Assembly (NCBI RefSeq): GCF_001194135.2
Contig: NC_068993.1
Location: forward strand, 17,593,067-17,657,066
DNA: 64,000 bases
Source of the DNA: Octopus bimaculoides
Lineage: Eukaryota
Direction: 5' to 3'
Positions 1-11,495 of this stretch are shown one piece after another (within the stretch, counting starts at the first letter, position 1; the number at the start of each line of letters is the position of its first letter). The notes below the pieces were generated by a model, which ran no database searches, had not been told where the DNA came from, and saw only the letters and a program-made list of their open reading frames with translations. Made by a program: the position numbers and the translations under genes.

Positions 1-172
1 TGACATTCCTCTTATCCGTTGACATAAGGACAAAGTAGTCCTCCAGGTGGGGCCACTGGTTCTGAGACACCTGGCTTTGAACCTGAGCATCCTCTGCCTC
101 ACCCACAGCCTTTGCAAACTCCTCAATAGGCCCTTCATTCTCAGGCCAAACAAAAATGTCTTCACTTTCCAT
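1..172 (-). CDS. N-terminus of a putative hAT (BED-finger type) transposase, truncated by the window edge
   Basis: Manual translation from ATG at 172: MESEDIFVWPENEGPIEEFAKAVGEAEDAQVQSQVSQNQWPHLEDYFVLMSTDKRNV, open to position 1. The WPHLEDYF motif resembles the PW..L..YF segment that precedes BED fingers in hAT transposases (recalled, not searched). Confidence 0.5.
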   Translation of the reverse strand, partial: MESEDIFVWPENEGPIEEFAKAVGEAEDAQVQSQVSQNQWPHLEDYFVLMSTDKRNV

Positions 173-568
173 AACAATAAGCGATAACTTGATAAGCTGA
201 TAACATACATTGCTGTTGCTAACACAGTAAGACTGTCGGTAATGTGGCAACGTCGTAAGTGAACACAACTCAAAACTGCAGAGTTACACAATGCTGCTCA
301 GCTAGCTGCTGCTGCGTTGACCAATCACATCTTGTCACGTGCACACATAGTCAGCCAATAGTGCACCTGACGGACTTTCAAGACATGCTCATAGTAGACA
401 GGAGCAAACGTATGAATTTTGTTAGTGGACTTAAAGTTAGCAGAACTAAATTTAGCAGAAGCTAATTGGTTCGCTAATGGTTTCCAAAGTTCATGAAAAC
501 GCTAATCGGCTAAACAAAAAGTTAGCTTCGCTAATTAGCTATTAGTGGATTAGCGAAACCATGCCCAC

Positions 569-573
<5 letters not shown>
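1..573 (-). mobile_element. 5' end of a hAT-type DNA transposon, continuing off the window start
   Basis: On the minus strand it starts CAATGGTGGGCATGGTTTCGCTAATCCACTAATAGCTAATTAGCGAAGCTAAC at 573, a hAT-like terminus with many subterminal GCTAA/TTAGC repeats (about 430-560). A transposase-like ORF starts downstream at 172. Confidence 0.72.
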
Positions 574-608
<35 letters not shown>

Positions 609-1106
609 NNNNNNNNNNNNNNNNNNNNNNNNNNNNNNNNNNNNNNNNNNNNNNNNNNNNNNNNNNNNNNNNNNNNNNNNNNNNNNNNNNNNNNNNNNNN
701 NNNNNNNNNNNNNNNNNNNNNNNNNNNNNNNNNNNNNNNNNNNNNNNNNNNNNNNNNNNNNNNNNNNNNNNNNNNNNNNNNNNNNNNNNNNNNNNNNNNN
801 NNNNNNNNNNNNNNNNNNNNNNNNNNNNNNTATATGTATATATATATATGTATATATATATGTATATATATATATGTATATATATATGTATATATATATG
901 TATATATATGTATATATGTATATATATATGTATATATGTATATATATATGTATATATGTATATATATATATGTATATGTATATATGTATATATATATATG
1001 TATATATATGTATATATATATATCTATATATATGTATATATATGTATATATATATATGTATATATATGAAAATATATATATCTATATATATGTATATATA
1101 TATATC

Positions 1107-1139
<33 letters not shown>

Positions 1140-1140
1140 C

Positions 1141-1198
<58 letters not shown>

Positions 1199-1881
1199 TA
1201 TATTCATGTGTGCATGTCTGCGTGTGTGTATACACACAACAACAGAGGTACACTCATAATTTTTTTACTGCATTGTTAACATTAACATTCATTTTTTAAG
1301 ATGAAGATTTATCTTTATAATTGTCAATGGAATACCAAAGAAAAAGCACTTTATAAATGTAGAGAAAATGAAATAACTAATTGTGGTACATAAATAATTC
1401 TCAAATATTTATGCACTTTCTATCAATGTATGTGTGTATGCTTGCCTGATATATTCACACATACACACACGTGTGTGTGTGTGTGTGTGTGTTTATATGG
1501 TGAAATTACATTCACAAACACATATATACATGCTAACATACAAATATATTTGCATTCATTTGCATACATACAGACTTTCATACATCTATAATGCACACAT
1601 AACTATTTCTAATAACTGCTAGAAAAACTAGGTCAGATACGTTAATGAATAACTATCTATCTACAAATCAACCTTTCAATCAATCAATCAATCTATCTAT
1701 CTATCTATTTTTCTACTTCTCTTTTTCATGAATCTAAATATATGCTAAATATTATACTGCAAGGTTTATGTATGGTAAAATATATACTACTAAACACTTA
1801 TAAATGTATTTGTGTTTGTATATACACATACTTCTATATATGTGTATATATCTATACTAATATATGTATGTATGTATCTCC

Positions 1882-1959
<78 letters not shown>

Positions 1960-2191
1960 GTGTCAGATGATAACAGAAGGCAAGACAATTTGAGACCTAT
2001 CCAACCCATGCAAGCATGAAAAACAAGGATTGTTTTATTCTTTTAGATTTTATATACATATGTGTGTGTTTTTATATTGCTTTTGTATCTCTTTCCCTGT
2101 GTGTGTGTGTGTGTGTGTGTGTGTGGGCAAGTGTGCATGCATGTGTGTGCGTGTGTGTATTTGAGCTTGTTTGTATATGTTTGTTTGTGCA

Positions 2192-2260
<69 letters not shown>

Positions 2261-2632
2261 AAATGTTTGTATTTATGACAAAATGTTTGTTTGTGTGTAT
2301 GTGTAATAAAACTGAAGAGAAATAATGCAATTTCTAAGAATGAGTGAAAGAACTGGGTCAGATCAGCAAAGGCTTGGCTATCAGTTAGCACCAGATTAAT
2401 ATTGATTGTTGTGTGTGTGTGCCTTTATACATTAGGTTTCACTAAACTATAGTATTTTTAGAGGTAGTATATTATTTATGTAGTATTCCCTTTATCCTAT
2501 GCATGCAAAGGAGGAAACACGTGCGCACACGCATATATTTCATATCATCATGTATTATGTGGGTGGAGGGCGTGCAAGTGAGTTAATATAATATAATATA
2601 ATATTTATGTATATATATATATATATATATTG

Positions 2633-2665
<33 letters not shown>

Positions 2666-2756
2666 CACACACACACATTATATATTTTATATATAATATA
2701 TTTATTTATTCATGTATTATAAATGTGTATGGTGATATGCATAGCATACAAATAAG

Positions 2757-2812
<56 letters not shown>

Positions 2813-3379
2813 CATATATATATTCTAATGCATTATGCATGCACGTGGTAACATACATGAGTATAAACACATGCACACAGACAGGCACATTTCCCAATTT
2901 TTGATGCATTTAGATGAATTTTCCAAAATTTATGCATCTTTCATGCAAACATACATTTCCTCACTGACTTATATGTATTTATGTGAGTTCTCCAGCATTT
3001 ATATGGCCTTCATATACATACATTACCCCACTTTTGCATATCTATCTATCCATCCATCCATCCATCCATCCATCCATCCATCCATCCATCCATCCATCCA
3101 TCCATCCATCTATATATATATATATGCATATATATATATCATCATCATCATCATCATTTAACATCCATCTTCCATGCTGTCATGTGTTAGGTGGTTCAAC
3201 AGGAGCTGGCGAGACAGAGGACTGCACTAGGCTTCACTGTCTGTTTTGACACGGTTTTTATGGCTTGCTGCCCTTCCTAGCACCAACCATCTTACAGAGT
3301 CGACCGACTGCTTTTTATGTGGCACTGGCAAAGTTAGTTTTGGCATGGTCTTTACAGTTGGATGCCCTTCCAAATGCCA

Positions 3380-3430
<51 letters not shown>
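574..3430. repeat. Dense microsatellite region: (TA)n, (TATG)n-like, (CA/TG)n, (CCAT)n
   Basis: Directly visible; the source of the I/Y-, H/T- and C/V-rich spurious ORFs. Confidence 0.95.
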
Positions 3431-3433
<3 letters not shown>

Positions 3434-4014
3434 ATATAAGACAACACCGAATAAATTCAAGAATATGATTTCCTTCCATAGTTTCATCTTTGTATCTTTC
3501 AGAAATAATGTACTATTTCCAAGATACCATATGATGGAACTATAATTAAATAGTATTAGTGTTATATGTACATAGCATTGCTGTGTAATGAAACCCTACT
3601 TTTCTATGCATTCATGGATAAGATGGAATTTATTGAAGCAGATTTTCTACACCTTGATACCCTTCCTGTCACCTGTTACCAAGCAACATAATATTTCCCT
3701 ATGGCCAGACATCTAAATGTGTTTGTATGCATGTGCGTGTGTGTGTGTGTGTGTGTGCATACATGCATGTATTTATGTAAGTATGTATATATTTATGTAA
3801 GTACGTATATATGTATGTCTCAGGCCTTGTTTTTAATAAGGTTTTAGCAGGAACGTTTCTTTGCTTTTTTTTATTTCTTATTATGAGAAAATATACTCTC
3901 CACATTACTGTAACTTATGTTCTTGTCTTCAGGACAATCCTTTCTACAGATTTTATTGGATAAAACTTTTGGTTATGGTATCCTGTTGAAATTCTTGGAA
4001 AACTACTTTTGTGA

Positions 4015-4215
4015 AGGAGCATGGCCTTGTAATATGTGTTGCACTCATGATTGCAAGATTGCGGTTTCAATTTCCAGACCAGGTGGTGTATTTTGTTCTT
4101 GACCAAAACACTTTATCTCATATTGCTCTGTAATCATTTTGACATCTGACATGCCCCACACCATACACCTGTACAGGTAGTGTTGAGTTGATTGAGGGAG
4201 TGAGCTAATGTACTA
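4015..4215 (+). mobile_element. tRNA-derived SINE (family D), degenerate; related copy at about 38685-38930
   Basis: Shared gtgttgcactca..gattg....gat...gtttcaatt.cc..accaggtggtgt...tgttcttga.caaaacactt. The 38.7-kb copy keeps an A-box-like TGGCCTAGTGG and a B-box-like AGTTCAATTCC. Confidence 0.65.
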
Positions 4216-4363
4216 CTTAAACATTTGGTCACTATAAGTAAATCATTTGTGCCGATGGTTCAACAAGAAGTTGCTGAACTGTCATAAATAATTGATGAGA
4301 GGAAAGTCCATGATATATGTGTGCGTGTATGTGTGTGTGTATGTGTGTGTGTGTGTGTGTGTG

Positions 4364-4557
4364 TATTTTCCTGGTGAAGGCCAGTTTATGGGGTTATCTT
4401 GGGTTTCCTGTCTGTAAAGGGTTTAACTTTATGGCTTGCCATCAGATCTCAGGACCTGTTGGCCTATGACCTCTTTAATATACGCCATAAAGTTGAACCC
4501 TTTATGGATGGGATACCCTGGGTAAACTCATAAACTGGCCTTCACCAGGAAAAAATA
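4364..4557. mobile_element. Fold-back/MITE-like element with about 70-bp imperfect inverted arms
   Basis: Left arm tattttcctggtgaaggccagtttatgggg...aaagggtttaactttatggc (4364-4435); right arm gccataaagttgaacccttt...cataaactggccttcaccaggaaaaaata (4484-4557). Confidence 0.8.
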
Positions 4558-4613
4558 TAGACGGCTCTACTTCTTAGAGTGTGCTTCTCCGGATTTCTGT
4601 TTTTCTAAAAACG

Positions 4614-4665
<52 letters not shown>

Positions 4666-4845
4666 ATTTAGTATAATTCGAGTGAAAACCTCGTAATGCG
4701 CATTTAAGAGCTCTTGCATCATTATTTGGCTACTACAGGATATCTTACAGTAGGATATATTCCAGGGATAGATACATGTGTGTAACTGATCTTTGCAAAA
4801 GATTAATACAAGAATAATATAACACAAGAATTGGGGAAATCAGAC

Positions 4846-5106
4846 TTTAATAGTAGATGATCACAACATTTGTTTCAGCACCCCACATCAGCTTTAAATT
4901 GCTGAGTTTATTTATATTCATATAACATTATAGAAGATCATTCTTCATTATTATTATATAGACGAATATTTTTCAGCAACAGCTGTGGAAAAGTATTCAA
5001 CAATATAACCATCAAGACTGTTCTTCCATAATGGTATATGAATATAAACTCAGCAACTTAAAGCTGTTGTGTGGCACAAAAACAAATGCTGTGATCTGCT
5101 ATTAAA
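4846..5106. mobile_element. Fold-back element with about 90-bp imperfect inverted arms
   Basis: tttaatagtagatgatcacaacatttgttt...cagctttaaattgctgagtttat..attcatataacattatagaaga pairs with tcttccataatggtatatgaatataaactcagcaacttaaagctg...aaacaaatgctgtgatctgctattaaa. The spacer contains ACAGCTGT. Confidence 0.8.
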
Positions 5107-5427
5107 ACCTGTTATCCTTAATTTTTGTGTTATATTTTTCTTATATGTATGTATGAGTTTGTGTGTGTGTGTGTGCGTATAGACAACAGGCTTCTTTCAG
5201 ACAATGAGGTGGTTTGAATTACCAGAAATTGTATATTTCACTCTTTAATGTAATGCTGAGCAATTTACCTTTGTATTTGTCTATTCTATTTATTAGAGAG
5301 ACAGATATATTTAATATTGTGGAAAGGACATGAACAATCTAACTTGTCCTGCCTTAGACTATATTTGAAGACTATGTCCTAGTGAAACTGAACCTGAGAC
5401 CATGTAGTTGGGAAATGAACTTCTTAA

Positions 5428-5847
5428 CCATGCCACACAAGCAGGAGAACCCAATCATGGCTGTCAGACAATTTCTGCAACCACATCACCCCTAGCATCT
5501 GGCCACCTAACCTCCCCACACTGCAACCCCCTTGATTATTATGTGTGGGGTGCAGTTGAATGAGAGACCAACAAAACCCCTTGTTACACCAAAGCTGAAC
5601 TGAAGGCAAGGATTATGGCAGCATTCACCAACTTAAACAAGGAGACTATCCAGAAGAGCTGCAGGAGATTCTGAAGTCATCTGGAGGCCATGGTTGAAGC
5701 CAATGGCGATTTTATTGAATAAATTTACTCTTTAGTATTTCAAGATATTTTTATATAATTTTGGTAAATATATCTGTTAAAATGAGGTGTCAGTTTTGTT
5801 TTCATTTTTGTATAATTTAGACGACAGTTTATTCACCGCAGTCTGTA
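5428..5847 (+). mobile_element. Tc1/mariner (DDD-type, maT/rosa-like) transposase C-terminal relic with 3' terminus
   Basis: Translation PCHTSRRTQSWLSDNFCNHITPSIWPPNSPHCNPLDYYVWGAVE*ETNKTPCYTKAELKARIMAAFTNLNKETIQKSCRRF*SHLEAMVEANGDFIE*. WPPNSP.CNPLDY is the third catalytic motif. Ends ...ttattcaccgcagtctgta followed by TA. Confidence 0.9.
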
Positions 5848-6372
5848 TATGTATATAAAGAAAATGAGTGGATTTTAAAGATTCACAACCGCTGCTTCAG
5901 CAGTATTTCTTTATTGATGAATCGATCAATTACATCAATTACATCANNNNNNNNNNNNNNNNNNNNNNNNNNNNNNNNNNNNNNNNNNNNNNNNNNNNNN
6001 NNNNNNNNNNNNNNNNNNNNNNNNNNNNNNNNNNNNNNNNNNNNNNNNNNNNNNNNNNNNNNNNNNNNNNNNNNNNNNNNNNNNNNNNNNNNNNNNNNNN
6101 NNNNNNNNNNNNNNNNNNNNTATATATAAATATGTATGTATATATGTATATCTGCATATACACACAAACACATGCATATATATATAAGGTACAAACATGG
6201 CCATGTGCTTTAAAGTATATATTGCAAATAGAGTATGTGGCACCTTGGGCAAGATTTTTTTGCTATAGCCTCAGGTTGGCCAATAACTTGTGAGTGAAAT
6301 GTCATAGAGTGAAAATTATACAGGGGCCTAGAAAACATATACGTGTGTATGTGTGTGTGCGTGTGTGTGTGT

Positions 6373-6408
<36 letters not shown>

Positions 6409-7499
6409 ATGTGTGCATGCATGTACGTGTGCATGCACACATGTATATGCATGTATCTATGTATATATTCATAAATACATATTTATACTTATAGAATGTA
6501 GTGTAAGTTCTTCTACTTCTTTCATCTCTATCCGACTGAACACATCCAAATAGGACACATGCAGCTTTACACATAGAAACATGCATTCATAAATAAGAAA
6601 TGTCTATATAATATGGTATATATGTAATCATACATACATACATTTGAATATGCATATACATGTGTGTGTGAATGTAATGCATATGTTTGTGTGAGAAGGA
6701 GAGATAGATAGATAAATAGAATGATAGATAGATAAATAGATAGATAGCGAGAGAGAGAGAGAGAGAGAGAGTTATATAAATGTGTTGAGAAAACCTATAT
6801 TTGCAAGCAGTGTTGATTTATATTCACTTTCAAGCAAAAGAAAATTTGTGTAAGTGGGTGAAAATTACACCTTGGTGATTAAATGGATGTAAGTATAAAT
6901 TAATAAAGGTAATGTCACTGATGATTTATGTATGTGCATGTGTATTCATGAGGCTGGGCATGTATGTTGTGTGTGTATGAGAGTAAGTAATTACACACAC
7001 ATACATACACACACAAGAATACACTGTCATGAACACATGCATATACATGAACAGATACACACACATATGTATATAATTTTACATTATATATATGTGCATG
7101 TGTGTATGTGTATATATATATTTGTATATGCATGTGTATATATAAATATATATGTATATACATGTATACACACACACACACCTACACACACACAGTTTGG
7201 GCTAAATTTGACAATTTTTTATGCCCCCCCCCCTTTTTTTTTGCAGGGATAGCTTGATGTATTGGGGAACAGTGAATGGCATTAGAAAGCCTAAAAATTA
7301 AAGTTGTAATTGAGAAAATGTTAGCTTACATGGAGGATTGGAAATCATCTGAATATGAGAAAAGAGTTACCTGCTTTATGATGATTTGTGTTGGGTATCA
7401 AAATGCCAGCATCATGTCTGTTGGTCAATGCTCTGTGAACACTGTAAACGTAAGATGTGATATGGACATCTGCAACAGAGTACAAAGCTGTGACTGGCT

Positions 7500-8181
7500 G
7501 GAAGGGACACAGCAGGTGTTCTGAGGATGATGTCATGCAACTCCATATCTTTGAACAGGACCTTAGGCTCAATTCAGACTTCCATGTAATACTGCTGGAG
7601 ACTGTGGTCAACCCCCTGCCTGGAGAGGGTTGCTACTGAAGGTTACATGTGTAGTAGTAGGATTCAGCTACTTGCCATACCTACAGAAAAAAGTCAGATG
7701 TGTTAACACAACTTTCGGCTGATATACCTTCCAGCCTTCTTCAGGTGTCTTGGGGGAAATTTCGAACCTGGGTAAATAAAGTCAGATGTGGTTGGCAGAG
7801 AATTTCTATAACTTCACCAGCACCAATTTCTGACCTTCTGATTCCTTCCAATTGTAATCTTATGGATTACAATGTGTGGGGTATGGTTGAGAAAGATATC
7901 AACCACTCTACTTGCAACACTAATGCCAAGATGGTGGCCAAAATCAAGGAAGTGTTCAAAGATCTTCCCAGGAATGCAATGAGGAACACTGCACCTGGTT
8001 CTGTGGGGCTGTCTTGAGGTCATGGTGGAAGCTGGGGTTGACTACTTTAAGTAAACTGTTATTCCCCAGCCATAATTTATTAGATATCATTCGAATTTTT
8101 AAAATACTTTTATTATTGGATGAAATATTGTATTTTCTTTTCCTTTTATGCAAACTGTCAAATTTAGCCTGAATACCCTGT
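7500..8181 (+). mobile_element. Second DDD-type Tc1/mariner transposase relic, interrupted at 7703-7777
   Basis: SEDDVMQLHIFEQDLRLNSDFHVILLETVVNP, then cagcaggattcag-like QQDS..CHT..KSQMWLAENFYNFT, then CNLMDYNVWGMVEKDINHSTCNTNAKMVAKIKEVFKDLPRNAMRN. Ends ...aaactgtcaaaatttagcctgaataccctgt. Confidence 0.88.
7705..7749 (-). ncRNA. Type-I minimal hammerhead ribozyme motif (Penelope-like), near-intact
   Basis: Minus strand GACAC-CTGAAGA-A-GGCTG-gaaggtatat-CAGCC-GAAA-GTT-GTGTT: stem I GACAC/GTGTT, core CUGANGA, 5-bp stem II, GAAA, rudimentary stem III. Confidence 0.7.
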
Positions 8182-8420
8182 CTGTTTGATTGGATCTACT
8201 TTGGTGTGCAACAATTTTACTTTTCAGATTTCAGCTCTTATTGTTAATCACATTGAACCCCAACTGTTTCATGATCATACAGGGTTTTGTGTGGGCTGAG
8301 AAGGGCTGTTATGTAACATAAAGGACAAATCAATAAGAGAAAAGAACATGGGCTTCAACTTGATATTCTTTTATTTCATCTGTAACATGTGTATAATTGA
8401 ATAGACAAAAGTTTATCTGT

Positions 8421-8520
8421 CTGACGAAGTATTCAACTGTGCATGCTGCTCTTATGAAGTGCATCTGAGGATTGCATTTAAGGTGTGATTGCATGTATTA
8501 ACTGAATACTGAAACAACTA
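8421..8520 (+). ncRNA. Degenerate hammerhead-like motif
   Basis: CTGACGA-AGTATTCA-(long loop)-TGAATACT-GAAAC-AACTAT. The core and an 8-bp stem II are perfect; stem III and stem I are degraded. Confidence 0.5.
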
Positions 8521-8760
8521 TTTTCGGAGTTAAAAACTCAGAGTAGCAGTTTGAGAAGTTTTGGATTCCAGTAAATTATATTATTCAGCTTGTAATATTA
8601 AATATTATCTTTTATTCTTCTTTTCACACTGATGTTTACATCTACCTTTGTGTGTGTGTGTATGTATGAATATATGTATATATGTCCATCCATCCACTCA
8701 CCCACCCATATATGTATATATTGATGGATGGACATATATATGTATACATGTGTGTGTATT

Positions 8761-8819
<59 letters not shown>

Positions 8820-8952
8820 CACACACATACTTACATACATTATGTGTCCACATATATGTGCTTATCAGTATATCAGTAGACATCATAGGTTCTTGTAAAC
8901 TTATGTGGTGCAACCATTTTCCAGCCACAAGGCGATGGTCTGATAATGAATT

Positions 8953-9120
8953 ATTTGATGGAAATGTGTTAAGCTGGTAGAGATGAGATAAGTTAACTTT
9001 AAATGAATGATTGTTCGTTTGTTAATTGTTAATTTTAATGAAAGATTTGATGGAGATGTACTAAGCTGGTAGAGATGAGATAAGTTAATTTTTTTGGTGA
9101 ATAATTGTGCATTTATTGAG
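8953..9120 (+). repeat. 92-bp-period tandem duplication
   Basis: Identical core taagctggtagagatgagataagttaa at about 8970 and about 9062, with diverged flanks. Confidence 0.85.
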
Positions 9121-9752
9121 AATTATCAAAAGTTAACTTACTCAGTTTGCAATAGAAAGTTTAGAGTATTTTGTAAAAGAGATGAAATTGGAGAGGGAAG
9201 TGAGCAACCACATCTATGCAGAACATAAATAGACTGTGCTACTCATATATTGAGAAATATACTTAGCCTTTATTAGTTCAATAATCTAATCCAGAAGTGG
9301 GCAGTACTGCCTCCAAGTGGCCACCGGGCACGATGAAGGGGGCATTGGGCTTTATGAATGGTGACAACATAATTAACACACTAAATTTCACTCATGGAAG
9401 TAATTATATTATATATATGATAAATTAGTAATGGTTTTTAAGATAAAATGAGTTCTTATCAGATACAAGGAAGTTGTTAACTTGCAATATGTAAAATGAA
9501 TTCACAACTTTTGTCTTTATTGATATTTTATCATTTCACTGTTAAAAACTTATACAATTGATTTTTAGAATAAAGTTTAAAAATTATCATTCATGTTAAG
9601 TTACTTTACCGGTTGTTAAATGCCTTTTCCTTATCAAATGCTTCAATCCTCATTTACAGTGTGCCTTCTGCTTCATACCAAAGAATTGGCTTCACTGCCA
9701 CTGGTCTGTTATAGGTAAAAATCAATCAAAATATATATATATATATATCTAT

Positions 9753-9798
<46 letters not shown>

Positions 9799-9800
9799 CT

Positions 9801-9962
9801 GAGTGGTTGGCGTTAGGAAGGGCATCCAGCTGTAGAAACTCTGCCAAATTAGATTGGAGCCTGGTGCTGCCATCCGGTTTCACCAGTCCTCAGTCAAATC
9901 GTCCAACCCATGCTAGCATGGAAAGCGGACGTTTAAACGATGATGATGATGATGATGATGAT
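9801..9962 (+). mobile_element. SINE/retroposon family C with (GAT)n tail; further copies or fragments at about 3140-3375(-), 10024-10200(-), 10530-10680(+), 23520-23760(+), 24270-24480(+), 44040-44200(-), 47470-47590(-), 52490-52730(-), 53520-53620(+), 58405-58650(-)
   Basis: Recurrent gtggttggcgttaggaagggcatccagctgtagaaactctgccaaat.agattggagcctggtgc...tcgtccaacccatgc.agcatggaaagcggacgttaaacgatgatgat. Confidence 0.85.
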
Positions 9963-9972
9963 ATATATATAT

Positions 9973-10011
<39 letters not shown>

Positions 10012-11279
10012 CATACATACACACATATATATATCATCATTTAATGTCTGTTTTCCATGCTGGTAATGGGTGAAACAGTTTGACTGGAACTGGTAAGCTG
10101 GAGAACTGCACCAGGCACCAGTCTGTTTTGGCTTAGTTTCTATGGCTGTATCCCCCTCCTAACACCAACCATTCCAGAGAGTAGTGGGTGCCTTTTATGT
10201 GTCACTGACACTGACCATGGTTACGATTTCACTTCACTTGGCATGTCTTCTCAAGCACAGAAAAATCACCAAAAGTCTTGGTCACTTGTCATCACCACGT
10301 CATCCCACGTCTTCCTTGGTCTTCCTCTTCTACAGGTTCTCTCCACAGTTAGAGATCATCACTTCCTTATGCAGCTATCCTTGTCCATACACATAACATG
10401 TCCATAGCAGCACAGTCTTCTCTCTTGTATACTACACCTAATTCCTCTTATACTCAATTTTTTAAAACACTTACACTCTATCACACATGCACATATGCAT
10501 ATATAATGCAGATACGCATGTACATATTTGATGTTAGGAAGGGCATACGGCCACAGAAACTATGTCAAATCAGACTGGAACCTGGTGCAGCTCTCTGGCT
10601 TACCAGTTCCAATCAAACCATATAACCCATGCCAGCATGGAAAGCAGATGCTAAATGATGATGATGATGAAGATGAAGATGGTGATGAATACTATCACCA
10701 TATTTCAGTAAGAAATAGCAGACATTCCAGCAACCAGTTGCACAAAAAACGAAAACGTGATTTAAGATGGCTGAAAGAGCTCTCCCCTTCGTCAACTTCA
10801 GCCTCTCTTTCTCTCCTTTATCAATGGATACTAGCACAGTTTCTGCAGCACTAAAACTACTAGTGACTTACTCTTGTATTATTCACTAGTGGTCTTTCAT
10901 CTTTATGGACTTATGGTATCAGTGTTAAGACTGACGTTATCAAAGGCTTCAACTGTCTCTGTTGTGAGAACTACCTAAGGACTCAATATATCTTTCATCT
11001 CTTGGACTGGTAGTTTCGTTTCAGATGGCTCCACTGCAGTATGTTCTAATAAGATTCACCAAATGGTCTAACAACTCCAATATACCTAAAGGTCTCTCAC
11101 ACTCTTTAATGACAATTTAGTTGATTTCAGCATCACCAAACACACTGTATCATGTCCCGGCAACACATGAACAACAGAAATAGAGTTCTTCTCAAAATTG
11201 TTACAAATGTTAAGCCTAGTAATTGTTCATGAGCTTGCATTTCAACATGGAATACTGGCTGTTAGTATGTCAGAAGACA

Positions 11280-11495
11280 AAATGGCAAGCTAGCAGAACC
11301 TTTACCATATCAGACAAAATGCTTAGCAGCACTTTGTCTGACTTTGCATTCTGAGTTCAAATTCTACTGAGGTCGACTTTGCCTTTCATCCTTTCAGGGT
11401 CAGTAAAATAAGTACCAGTTGAGTACTGGGGTTGATGTAACCAACTGACACTCTTTCTCGAAATTGCTGGCCTTGTGCCAAAATTTGAAACCAAT
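11280..11495 (+). mobile_element. SINE family B; further copies at about 12430-12620(-), 22520-23120(+, interrupted), 23130-23350(+), 54190-54370(-), 54880-55085(+), 56450-56650(-), 57500-57605(+), 60510-60610(-)
   Basis: Recurrent ttctgagttcaaatt...gaggtcgactttgcctttcatcctttc.gggtc.ataaaataagtaccagttgag.actgggg...ttgctggccttgtgccaaaatttgaaaccaat. Confidence 0.85.

Noticed and set aside
561-1299. Long ORFs such as 232 aa and 242 aa, and similar ones at 37.6-38.5, 49.5-50.3 and 58.6-59.1 kb
   Set aside because: Made of (TA)n/(CA)n translations and N-gap X runs; not genes.
4715-4790. Peptide ELLHHYLATTGYLTVGYIPGIDT
   Set aside because: Short, bounded by stops, with no splice support or recognisable family.
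9288-9380. hAT-like terminus cagaagtgggcagtactgcc
   Set aside because: No partner end or TSD found; too short to call.
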